Source: Thermoanaerobaculia bacterium
Lineage (GTDB): Bacteria > Acidobacteriota > Thermoanaerobaculia > Multivoradales > Multivoraceae
NCBI GenBank assembly: GCA_963666565.1
Contig: OY762911.1
Location: 3,264,001 to 3,328,000, forward strand
Direction of reading: 5' to 3'
Length of the DNA: 64,000 nt
Made by a program: the position numbers and the translations under genes
Notes under the pieces: generated by a model
Database searches by the model: none
Seen by the model: only the letters and a program-made list of their open reading frames with translations
Told to the model about the DNA's origin: nothing
Shown: one piece after another, positions 53,251 through 61,389 of the stretch
Layout: each line of letters starts with the position of its first letter
How positions within the stretch are numbered: the first letter of the stretch is position 1

Positions 53251-54002
53251 GCGACCTGGACCAGCTCCAGGAGCGGCTCGGCTACCGCTTCAACGATCCA
53301 GCGCTGCTCCGGCTGGCCCTGACCCACACCTCCTTCGCCAACGAACGGGGACTCCCGGAGCAGAACGAACGCCTGGAGTTCCTGGGCGACTCGGTGCTCG
53401 GCACGATCGCCGCCGAGTGGCTCTTCAACCGCTGCCCGCGGGCGCCGGAAGGCGAGCTCACGCAGACGAAGGCTCACCTGGTCCAGGCCAGGGCCTTGGC
53501 CGAGCGCGCCCGGCAGCTCGAACTCGGACCGCTCCTGCGGCTGGGCCGCGGAGAGGATCGCTCCGGCGGACGGGAGAAGCAGTCCCTGCTGGCCTGCGCC
53601 CTGGAAGCCGTGATTGGCGCGGTGTTCGTGGACGGAGGCATGGAAGCCGCCCGCAGCACGGTGGCGCCCTGGCTCGAAGCCGGGGCGGCGGAGGCGATCG
53701 GCGCCGGGGACGCCAAGTCGGACCTGCAGGAGGTGCTCCAGGCGCAAGGTCTCGAACCCCCGGTCTACCGCCACGTCGGCCGCGAAGGACCCGACCACGA
53801 TCCGGCCTTCCACGTCGAGTGCTGGATCGAGGGTCGGTTCGCAGCCAGTGCTTCGGGGCGCTCGAAGAAGGCCGCGGAACGTAGCGCCGCGCGACGAGTT
53901 CTTCGCGACGCGGAACCGACCGACCGACCGGCTCCGCCATCCAGACGCGGCGGACGGCGAGCGGCCGACGGCACGGAGGGAACCCTGCTGGACGGCAGGT
54001 AA
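53247..54002 (+). CDS. rnc: Ribonuclease III
   Basis: LGYRF, ALTHTS, NERLEFLGDSVLG, EGEL, EAVIGAVF, dsRBD KSDLQE..GRSKKAAE; probable CTG start overlapping the asnS stop. Confidence 0.93.
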   Translation: MSDLDQLQERLGYRFNDPALLRLALTHTSFANERGLPEQNERLEFLGDSVLGTIAAEWLFNRCPRAPEGELTQTKAHLVQARALAERARQLELGPLLRLGRGEDRSGGREKQSLLACALEAVIGAVFVDGGMEAARSTVAPWLEAGAAEAIGAGDAKSDLQEVLQAQGLEPPVYRHVGREGPDHDPAFHVECWIEGRFAASASGRSKKAAERSAARRVLRDAEPTDRPAPPSRRGGRRAADGTEGTLLDGR

Positions 54003-54006
54003 CCGG

Positions 54007-54780
54007 ATGACCGACTTGGCGACTCTCTTCCAGCGCTGCTGGCGGGTTCCGTTGACTGCGGCGTCGTTTCTTCTCTTCGGCCTCGGCGGCCTCGTTCTGG
54101 GCGGCGTTTTCTTCCCCGCGATCCGTCTGCTCAGCCCGCGAGAAGCGACCGGTCGGCGTTGCCGCCGAGCCATTCAGGTGTCCTTCCGCCTGTTCCTGAA
54201 CTTCCTGTCCGCTCTGCGCCTCATGCGGTTCGAGTTTCTCGGAGAGGAGCGTCTGCTCCATCTTCGCGGTCGGCTGGTGGTTGCCAACCACCCTTCGCTG
54301 ATCGACGTCGTGGTTCTGATCTCCCGCCTCCCCGACGCGCGCTGCGTCGTCAAGCGGGCCGTGTGGCACAGCCCGTTTCTCGGCGCGGTCGTCCGCGTCG
54401 CCGGCTACGTGCCGAGCATGGATCCGCGAGACGTCGTCGACCGGACGGTCCGCCTTTTGCGCGCCGGAGAGACGGTCGTCCTCTTTCCGGAAGGGACCCG
54501 AACGAGACGGGACGAGCTGATCGCGGCGCAGCGCGGCGCGGCGTTGATTCTCCTGCGGTCGGACCGACCTGCACTGCCGGTCCGCTTGCGGGTTCGCCCG
54601 GCCGCCCTCGGTAAGACGGACTCTCTTGCGCGCCTTCCGCCGGAGGCGCTGCGCTTCACGATGAGCGTCGGCGAGGAGGTCCATCCGTCCTCCTTCGGAA
54701 CCCACGGCAGCGAGCGCGAGAAATCCCGGTCTGGAACCAGGATTCTGGAGCGGGCACTGGACTTGCCGCCCGGGATCTAG
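54007..54780 (+). CDS. Lysophospholipid acyltransferase family (aryl polyene ApeD-like)
   Basis: SFLLFGLGGLVL, ANHPSLIDVV, FPEGTR. Confidence 0.85.
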   Translation: MTDLATLFQRCWRVPLTAASFLLFGLGGLVLGGVFFPAIRLLSPREATGRRCRRAIQVSFRLFLNFLSALRLMRFEFLGEERLLHLRGRLVVANHPSLIDVVVLISRLPDARCVVKRAVWHSPFLGAVVRVAGYVPSMDPRDVVDRTVRLLRAGETVVLFPEGTRTRRDELIAAQRGAALILLRSDRPALPVRLRVRPAALGKTDSLARLPPEALRFTMSVGEEVHPSSFGTHGSEREKSRSGTRILERALDLPPGI

Positions 54781-54844
54781 CTGGACCCGAAGAAGGACGG
54801 CTGGTAAGGTTCAGCATCGCCTGATGAGGGAGCCGCAGGGAAAG

Positions 54845-55093
54845 ATGAAGCGCGACGAAATCCGGGCCAGACTGAGGGATCTTCTGGTCGAGATGTACGA
54901 ACTCGATCCCGCCGAACTCGTCCCCGACGCACGCCTTTACGAAGATCTGGGGCTTGACAGCATCGACGCGGTGGATCTGGCCGTCCGACTGAAGGACTTC
55001 ACGCAGGCCGACATCCCTCCGGAGCGGGTCAAGGAGATCCGTACGGTCGAGGACGTGGTCGACCTCGTAGCAGAACTGCTACAGGTCCGCTGA
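54845..55093 (+). CDS. Acyl carrier protein (ApeF-like)
   Basis: ARLYEDLGLDSIDAVDL; alternative start at 54824. Confidence 0.9.
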   Translation: MKRDEIRARLRDLLVEMYELDPAELVPDARLYEDLGLDSIDAVDLAVRLKDFTQADIPPERVKEIRTVEDVVDLVAELLQVR

Positions 55094-55094
55094 G

Positions 55095-55679
55095 GTGAAC
55101 GCTCTGGTCAGCGCGGTCGAACGTCTGGAGTCCGTCGAAGCCGCCCGGTTGCAGGCCGGAGAACTGCACGTCGTGCCAACGGAGGCTGGCTGGGAGGCTT
55201 TGGCGCACAAGGGCAAGCGGACGCTGATCCAGGAGCTGAGCGGCGTTCTCTCGTCCGGTGCAACCCCGGAAGGGGTACCTGAACGGTGGCGCTTCGTGCA
55301 CCGGCTGCCCTCCGCCGCGAAGGCCGATTCCAACCGGCCCCTCCACCCGGACTGGGAGGAACTCGAGCATACTGAGGCGACATGGCTCGGCGAAGCGACC
55401 GTGACCGGCGATCTGGCGGTCCTCGAGGGTCACTTCCCGAACGAGCCGGTCGTTCCCGGCCTCGCCCAGTTGCTGTGGGCGGACGCTCTTTCCCGTCGAG
55501 CTTTTCCCGACCACGCCGCGACTGCCGAGGTCCGCAACCTGAAATTCGCGAGGATCCTCGCGCCGGGCGTCAACTTTCGGATCGCACTCGTTCACCGGAT
55601 AGGGACGCGGTCGCAGGTCGCCTTCAGACTAACCTCCGACGCAGGCACGCACAGCAGCGGCGTGCTCATCGGCGCGTAA
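55095..55679 (+). CDS. Hot-dog dehydratase (ApeI-like) fused to an acyl-CoA ligase C-terminal remnant
   Basis: EGHFPNEPVVPGLAQL, NLKF.R.L.PG; N-terminal PERWRFVHRLP. Confidence 0.75.
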   Translation: MNALVSAVERLESVEAARLQAGELHVVPTEAGWEALAHKGKRTLIQELSGVLSSGATPEGVPERWRFVHRLPSAAKADSNRPLHPDWEELEHTEATWLGEATVTGDLAVLEGHFPNEPVVPGLAQLLWADALSRRAFPDHAATAEVRNLKFARILAPGVNFRIALVHRIGTRSQVAFRLTSDAGTHSSGVLIGA

Positions 55680-55697
55680 CGCCGTGCCAGGTTTGTC

Positions 55698-56162
55698 GTG
55701 ACGAATCCAGCCCCAGTCGTCCTGTCGACCGACGTCGAGGCGCTGCTGCCGCACGCCGCACCCATGATCCTCATCGATGGCGTCGCGCCCCAAGGATCCG
55801 AATCGACCCGAAGCGTGGTGCGCATCGGTGAAGACTCCATGTTCTACGAAGAACCGCACGGCGTGCCATCGTACTTCGGCATCGAGTACATCGCCCAGAC
55901 GGTCGCGGCTCACGCCGGGCTCCGCGCCCTTCGGGAAGGAGAACCCGTGCGGGTGGGTTTCCTCCTCGGCACGAGACGGTACAGGTGTGCCGAGACCTGG
56001 TTTCGCCTCGGTGCCAATCTGACCATCGTAGTCTCTACCGTCCTGGAGATGGCGGATCTCTCGAAGTTCCGAGGCGTCATCTCGGACCAGCTCCGGGGCG
56101 AGATAGCCGACTGCGCCGTGACCGTGTACCTGCGACCCGGCAGCGGGCCAGCACTGACATGA
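55698..56162 (+). CDS. Hot-dog dehydratase subunit (ApeP-like)
   Basis: LLPHAAPMILID, GIEYIAQ.VAA.AG, GFLLGTR. Confidence 0.85.
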   Translation: MTNPAPVVLSTDVEALLPHAAPMILIDGVAPQGSESTRSVVRIGEDSMFYEEPHGVPSYFGIEYIAQTVAAHAGLRALREGEPVRVGFLLGTRRYRCAETWFRLGANLTIVVSTVLEMADLSKFRGVISDQLRGEIADCAVTVYLRPGSGPALT

Positions 56163-56881
56163 CCGGGCGCCGGCGAGTTCTTGTGACGGGAGCATCCCGG
56201 GGCATCGGCCGCGCGGTCGCCCTGGCCCTCGCCGAGGAGGGCTTCGAAGTGGCCTGCAACGCGCGAGGCGACGTCGAAGAGGTCGTCGACGAGATCCGTT
56301 CGCGCGGCGGCGCCGCCAGCGCGCTCCCTGGCGACGTTTCGAACCGCGAAGCCATTCGCTCCGCCCTCGACCGGGACATGGAAAGCCGGGGCGCGTTCTA
56401 CGGTATCGTCTGCAACGCTGGCGGCCACGCCGACGCCGCGTTCCCCGCGCTGACGGAGACGGAGTGGGACGATGTCCTGCGTACCAACCTGGACTCCTTC
56501 TTCAACGTAGTCCAGCCGTGCGTGATGCCGATGATCCGCTTGCGCGACGGAGGTCGCATCGTCGCCATGTCGTCGGTCTCCGGCATCGCCGGCAACCGTG
56601 GGCAGGTCAACTACAGCGCCGCCAAGGCTGGGCTGATCGGCGCCGTGAAGGCGTTGGCCATCGAACTCGGCAAGCGGAAGATCACGGTGAACTGCGTCGC
56701 TCCGGGTATCGTCGGAACCGACATCACCCGGAGCATGTCCGACAAGCTCGTCGAGCGGCTCGTGCCGCTTCGACGACCAGGAACGCCCGAGGAAGTCGCC
56801 AGCCTGGTCAGGTACCTGTTCTCCGACCTTGCCGCCTACGTGACCCGACAGGTCCTGTCGGTCAACGGGGGCATGATCTAG
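56159..56881 (+). CDS. 3-oxoacyl-ACP reductase (ApeQ/FabG-like)
   Basis: TGASRGIG, DAAFPAL, GNRGQVNYSAAKAG, VTRQVLSVNGGM. Confidence 0.92.
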   Translation: MTGRRRVLVTGASRGIGRAVALALAEEGFEVACNARGDVEEVVDEIRSRGGAASALPGDVSNREAIRSALDRDMESRGAFYGIVCNAGGHADAAFPALTETEWDDVLRTNLDSFFNVVQPCVMPMIRLRDGGRIVAMSSVSGIAGNRGQVNYSAAKAGLIGAVKALAIELGKRKITVNCVAPGIVGTDITRSMSDKLVERLVPLRRPGTPEEVASLVRYLFSDLAAYVTRQVLSVNGGMI

Positions 56882-56940
56882 CAACGTCGACTCATGTTCT
56901 GTCTCCTCTTCCACCTCCCCGACACGGGAACGCCGCACGG

Positions 56941-58200
56941 ATGAGCAGGCGAGTCGTCGTGACCGGCGTCGCCGGCATTTCGCCGATCGGCACCGATTGG
57001 GCGTCGGTGCGGAACCGCCTGTTGGCTGGAGAGGGTGGCGTCGAACGGATGGGCGAGTGGAGCCGCGTCAAGGGGTTGCGGTCGTGGCTCGGCGCCCCAG
57101 CCGATTTCGAGACGCCCCTCCGCTGGCCGCGCAAGATGCGGCGATCCATGGGCCGCGTGTCCGCCATGGCTGTCCGGGCGACGGAACTTGCACTTGAACA
57201 AGCGGGCCTTCGAGACGATCCCGTCCTGCAATCCGGTCGGGTCGGAGTCGCGTACGGCTCCTCAAGCGGTTCCACCGACAGCTTGCGGGAGGTCGGCCGG
57301 TTTCTCGCGACCGGGTCGACCGAGGGGGTTACCTCGAACGTCTACGTCAAGATGATGCCGCATACGACGACCGCAGCGATCGGCATGTTCTTCGGCCTCA
57401 CCGGGCGTCTTCTGCCCTCCTCCTCCGCCTGCACCTCGGGAAGCCTGTCGCTCGGCATGGCGTACGAGTCGATCAGGCACGGCTACCAGGACGCGATGGT
57501 CGCCGGCGGCGCGGACGAACTCGACCTTCCGGCGGTGGCGACCTTCGACACGCTGTACGCGACGAGCCGCCGAAATCAAACACCGTCGCAAACTCCGAGA
57601 CCCTTCGACTCCGACCGCGACGGCCTCGTGGTTGGTGAAGGCGCCGGCACGTTCGTGCTTGAGAGCAGGCGCCATGCTCTCGCCCGCGGCGCGACGATCC
57701 TGGCCGAGCTCGTCGGCTTCGGCGCCAACTCCGACGGCGCTCATCCAACCCAACCCGCTCAACGAACCATGGCCGAAGCTATGCGTTTGGCTCTCGCAGA
57801 CGCCGGTCTGGGCGCGGATCGAATCGGCTACGTGAGCGCCCACGGCACCGCCACCGAACTGGGGGACATCGCGGAGAGCCAAGCCACGCTGGAGGTGTTC
57901 CGTCGTCCCGTGCCGATCAGCTCGCTAAAGAGCTACATCGGTCACACCTTGGGAGCGTGTGGCAGTCTGGAGGCATGGATGAGCCTTGAGATGCTAGGGG
58001 AAAGTTGGGCAGCTCCGACGATCAACCTGGAGAATCCCGACCCGCGCTGCGCCAAACTCGGCTACGTCGTCGGCGAACCGGTGCACCTCGAGACCGACTA
58101 TCTGATGACCAACAACTTCGCCTTCGGCGGCGTGAACACTTCACTCGTGTTCAGGCTGCCCCCAAGAGAAGGAACCACTACTCGTGAAACAGACGCCTGA
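56941..58200 (+). CDS. Beta-ketoacyl-ACP synthase (ApeR/FabF-like)
   Basis: SSACTSGS (Cys), HGTAT, GHTLGA, NNFAFGG. Confidence 0.92.
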   Translation: MSRRVVVTGVAGISPIGTDWASVRNRLLAGEGGVERMGEWSRVKGLRSWLGAPADFETPLRWPRKMRRSMGRVSAMAVRATELALEQAGLRDDPVLQSGRVGVAYGSSSGSTDSLREVGRFLATGSTEGVTSNVYVKMMPHTTTAAIGMFFGLTGRLLPSSSACTSGSLSLGMAYESIRHGYQDAMVAGGADELDLPAVATFDTLYATSRRNQTPSQTPRPFDSDRDGLVVGEGAGTFVLESRRHALARGATILAELVGFGANSDGAHPTQPAQRTMAEAMRLALADAGLGADRIGYVSAHGTATELGDIAESQATLEVFRRPVPISSLKSYIGHTLGACGSLEAWMSLEMLGESWAAPTINLENPDPRCAKLGYVVGEPVHLETDYLMTNNFAFGGVNTSLVFRLPPREGTTTRETDA

Positions 58201-58459
58201 GCAGAGCCGGATGGCCGTCCTCATCGTCGAGGCCCTGAACCTGGAGGACGTCGATCCCGGCGCTATCGACCCGAACGAGTTGATGTTCGGCGACGAGGGT
58301 CTCGCTCTCGACTCCATCGACGCTCTGGAGATCGCCGTCGCGATCGCGGAGGAGTTCGCGGTCCACTTCAGCGCCAAGGAGGAGACGACTCGGGAAGCGT
58401 TTGCCACCTTGGGAAACCTGACGGACTTCGTCATGAAGGAAGTGAATGGCCGAATGTGA
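58184..58459 (+). CDS. Acyl carrier protein (xanthomonadin/ApeE-like)
   Basis: LIVEALNLED, FGDEGLALDSIDALEI. Confidence 0.88.
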   Translation: MKQTPEQSRMAVLIVEALNLEDVDPGAIDPNELMFGDEGLALDSIDALEIAVAIAEEFAVHFSAKEETTREAFATLGNLTDFVMKEVNGRM

Positions 58460-59798
58460 GGCGCTGTCGACGGCGCCTCTGGTCGACCGTTCGGGAGAGG
58501 CGCCATGGGCACACGCCGCCGACCGTCCGATCGCTGTCTCGCGGTTTGCCCGAGACGCGCTGTTGTGCGCACGGAATCTTCCGGACCGCCCTTGGCTGAT
58601 CAACGTCTGCTCCGACCGCTACCTCTTCGGGGTCGCGTTCTTCGCCGCGCTCCTTGGAGGCCGCGTCAACCTCCTGCCGTCACAGCGAAGTTCTGAAGCC
58701 CTGAACGCGCTGCGCCGGAGGTACCCGGACAGCGCGATCGTCGCGGACGACACGGCGGCCGTCCCAGCCCCCTCCTCCAACTCCGCGGACCCGATGCCGG
58801 CTCTCCCCGAGATCGACACGGCGCAGCTTGCCGCCATCGTCTTCACTTCGGGAAGCACCGGCGCTCCGAACCCGCATCCGAAAACCTGGGGCCTGCTCAG
58901 CGACTTCCGCGCCATCCACTGGCGCAGGTTGACCCGAGCTTTGGAGGAAGCCGGGACTCCTGCCGGCGAGGTCGCGATGGTGTCGACAGTTCCTCCGTGG
59001 CACCTCTACGGACTTGAGTGGACGCTGCTGCTGCCCAGCGTCGCTCCCGTCTCGATGCACTGTGAACGTGCATTCTTTCCCAAAGACGTGGTCGACACCC
59101 TGGGCTCTTCAAGCGCCCCCACCGTCCTGGTAACCACGCCAACGCACCTGCGGGCGCTGCTCAAGGCTCCTTCTCCCGCTCGCCCGGTGAGCGTTACCAT
59201 CTGCGCGACCGCCCCCCTCGATCCGAACCTCGCAGCCCAAGCGGAGAGACGCCTCGGCACACGCATTCTCGAACTCTACGGTTGCAGCGAAGTGGGCACA
59301 TTGGCATCGCGCCGGCCCACCGAAGGAACCGAATGGAGCTTCTTCGACTACTTTCAATTGGCTTTCTCCGAAGGCGGCCTGACGGTAAGGGCGCCCCGAC
59401 TGGAGGCTTCCGTCGACCTCGATGATCGCTTCGAGCGCCTTGCGGATGGACGGTTCAGGTTCCTCGGAAGGTCTACGGACATCGTGAAGATTGGCGGAAA
59501 GCGGGAATCTCTCACGAACCTGAACGCGGTCCTGCTGGAGATCCCTGGAGTACAGGACGGCGTGATCTTCCAGCCCCGGCGCGTCCGCGAGACATCGAGA
59601 CGCCTCGCTGCCCTCGTGGTAGCGCCGGACCTCGCCCCTCTGGACATCCGAAGGGCCATGGCGAACCGTTTCGATCCCGCCTTCGTGCCGCGACCGATCC
59701 GGATCGTGGAGGCGGTTCCTCGCAATCGTACCGGCAAGATGCCCCTGGGGAAGCTGACCAGCATGCTGGACGCCCGCGCCGCACCGCTCGATGACTGA
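58446..59798 (+). CDS. Aryl-AMP/ACP ligase (xanthomonadin XanA2-like)
   Basis: NVCSDRYLF, FTSGSTG.P.PHPK, STVPP.HLYGLE, YGCSE.G, GR..DIVKIGGKR.SL, PRNRTGK. Confidence 0.8.
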   Translation: MAECEALSTAPLVDRSGEAPWAHAADRPIAVSRFARDALLCARNLPDRPWLINVCSDRYLFGVAFFAALLGGRVNLLPSQRSSEALNALRRRYPDSAIVADDTAAVPAPSSNSADPMPALPEIDTAQLAAIVFTSGSTGAPNPHPKTWGLLSDFRAIHWRRLTRALEEAGTPAGEVAMVSTVPPWHLYGLEWTLLLPSVAPVSMHCERAFFPKDVVDTLGSSSAPTVLVTTPTHLRALLKAPSPARPVSVTICATAPLDPNLAAQAERRLGTRILELYGCSEVGTLASRRPTEGTEWSFFDYFQLAFSEGGLTVRAPRLEASVDLDDRFERLADGRFRFLGRSTDIVKIGGKRESLTNLNAVLLEIPGVQDGVIFQPRRVRETSRRLAALVVAPDLAPLDIRRAMANRFDPAFVPRPIRIVEAVPRNRTGKMPLGKLTSMLDARAAPLDD

Positions 59799-60732
59799 TA
59801 CAGCCCACTGGCAAGCCCGTTCCGAAGCAGGAAACCGGCTCGCCATTCGCGCCGCAGTATGGGTAGCCCGAACCCTTGGCCGCAGGGCCATCCACCTGCT
59901 TCTCTTACCGACGGTCCTGTACTTCTATCTGGTGCGGGAGCCGGAGCGCAGGGCCTCCCGAGAGTTCCTGACTCGCGCCTTGAGGCGTCCGGTGCGCGAA
60001 ACCGACGTTCTGCGGCACTTCCTCAGTTTCGCCCGAGTAGCGGCAGATCGCTTCTTCACACTCAGCCGCAGTCCGGATGCGAGAGAAGTCAGGTTCGTGC
60101 GCGACGAGAGAATCCAACAGGTAGTGAAGAAGAACGATGCGGGGATCTTCGTCACCGCTCACTTCGGTTCGTTCGACGCTCCCAGGCTGGTTGACGCGGA
60201 CCGTCGTGAGTTCGGGATTCGCATCGTCCTGGACAAGGGCGTCAACTCCCGTTTTCTCTCCGTCATGGAGGAGGTCGATCCGACAATGGCGAAGCGCATC
60301 ATCGACTCGGAACAAGGCGCGGCGGCGCTTGGCGTCTCCATCGCGGAAGCGCTTCGAAGAGGCCATTGGGTGGGGTTCATGGCGGATCGTTTTCGGCACG
60401 GAGACCGGACGCTTTCGATTCCCTTCCTCGGCGCCCGGGCGGCCTTCCCGCTCGGCCCGTACCTCGTCGCCTGCGCGTTCAAGGCGCCGATCATCTGCGT
60501 GTTTTGCCGCCTGGACCCGCCCGGGTATGAGGTCCACTGCGAGGTTCTGTGGACCGGCGGCCACGTACCTCGATCGCAACGCGCCGGGAAGGTCGCAGCG
60601 CTGGCCCGGGGATACGCGAAGAGACTTGAGCGGCATGTCCGTGCGGCGCCTTTCTCCTGGTTCAACTTCTTCGACTTCTGGGCGCAGCATGCGACAGAGG
60701 CGCAACAGTCCACCAGCCGCACGAGGGCCTGA
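59791..60732 (+). CDS. LpxL/HtrB-family acyltransferase
   Basis: W...E.G, ASREFL.R, AHFGSFD, MADR, WFNFFDFW. Confidence 0.85.
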   Translation: MTDTAHWQARSEAGNRLAIRAAVWVARTLGRRAIHLLLLPTVLYFYLVREPERRASREFLTRALRRPVRETDVLRHFLSFARVAADRFFTLSRSPDAREVRFVRDERIQQVVKKNDAGIFVTAHFGSFDAPRLVDADRREFGIRIVLDKGVNSRFLSVMEEVDPTMAKRIIDSEQGAAALGVSIAEALRRGHWVGFMADRFRHGDRTLSIPFLGARAAFPLGPYLVACAFKAPIICVFCRLDPPGYEVHCEVLWTGGHVPRSQRAGKVAALARGYAKRLERHVRAAPFSWFNFFDFWAQHATEAQQSTSRTRA

Positions 60733-61387
60733 CCCGTCCCGGTTCGGGTGGGCGAGCGTCGCCGCTCTTGCCCTCTCGGCTGCACTCCCCGCCGCGGCGG
60801 ACGAGGCGGCCTGGAAGCGGCTCGCGGACCTGGAGTTTCCGCGGGAGGAACGCGTCGCCTTCGTCGAGCGGCATCTGAATCGACTCTTGCGGGCGCCGGC
60901 CGAACAGCACGGCGAACTCTGGCTTACGAGCGACGGCGTCGCGGTCATGCGGGTGCATACCCCGCGCCTCGAGGAACGCAGGATCGAGGGCGACCGGCTG
61001 GTCCTGCGTCGTCCGCACCAGCGGCGAGCCGAGGCTGAGGAGCAAGAAGCCGCACTTGCCAGCGGAACCGAGCGGCGGCGCAGGCTCAACCGCGGGCGAG
61101 GCGCCCACCTCATGCTGGCGATCATCCTCGACGTGCTCTCCGGCGACCTCTCGGAACTCCGGCAGAGGTTCGACTCCTCGTCGACCTCGCTCGACGACTC
61201 CGCCGAAGGCCACGACTGGGAGATCGAGCTGGTCCCGCGCGATCCCGGGCTCCGCGGCGAACTCGTGGCTGTACGCCTTCGCGGCGCGGGCCAGCGCCTC
61301 GGCTTCCTGTACCTGAGCCGCGGGACCAGGAACTGGCGGGAGATCCGGCTTCTCTTTCCATCCCGAGGCGACGAGAGAATCGACTGA
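60689..61387 (+). CDS. LolA-like periplasmic carrier protein
   Basis: Signal-like VAALALSAALPAAA; F.E.....LL..P....G.L, LSGD...L...F, WEIELVP; start inferred at ATG 60689. Confidence 0.65.
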   Translation: MRQRRNSPPAARGPDPSRFGWASVAALALSAALPAAADEAAWKRLADLEFPREERVAFVERHLNRLLRAPAEQHGELWLTSDGVAVMRVHTPRLEERRIEGDRLVLRRPHQRRAEAEEQEAALASGTERRRRLNRGRGAHLMLAIILDVLSGDLSELRQRFDSSSTSLDDSAEGHDWEIELVPRDPGLRGELVAVRLRGAGQRLGFLYLSRGTRNWREIRLLFPSRGDERID

Positions 61388-61389
61388 TC

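Noticed and set aside
51927-54002. 691-aa ORF or AsnS-RNase III frameshift fusion
   Set aside because: asnS is complete with its own stop, the upstream part of this frame is not protein-like, and no slippery site is evident; coupled CTG initiation is simpler.
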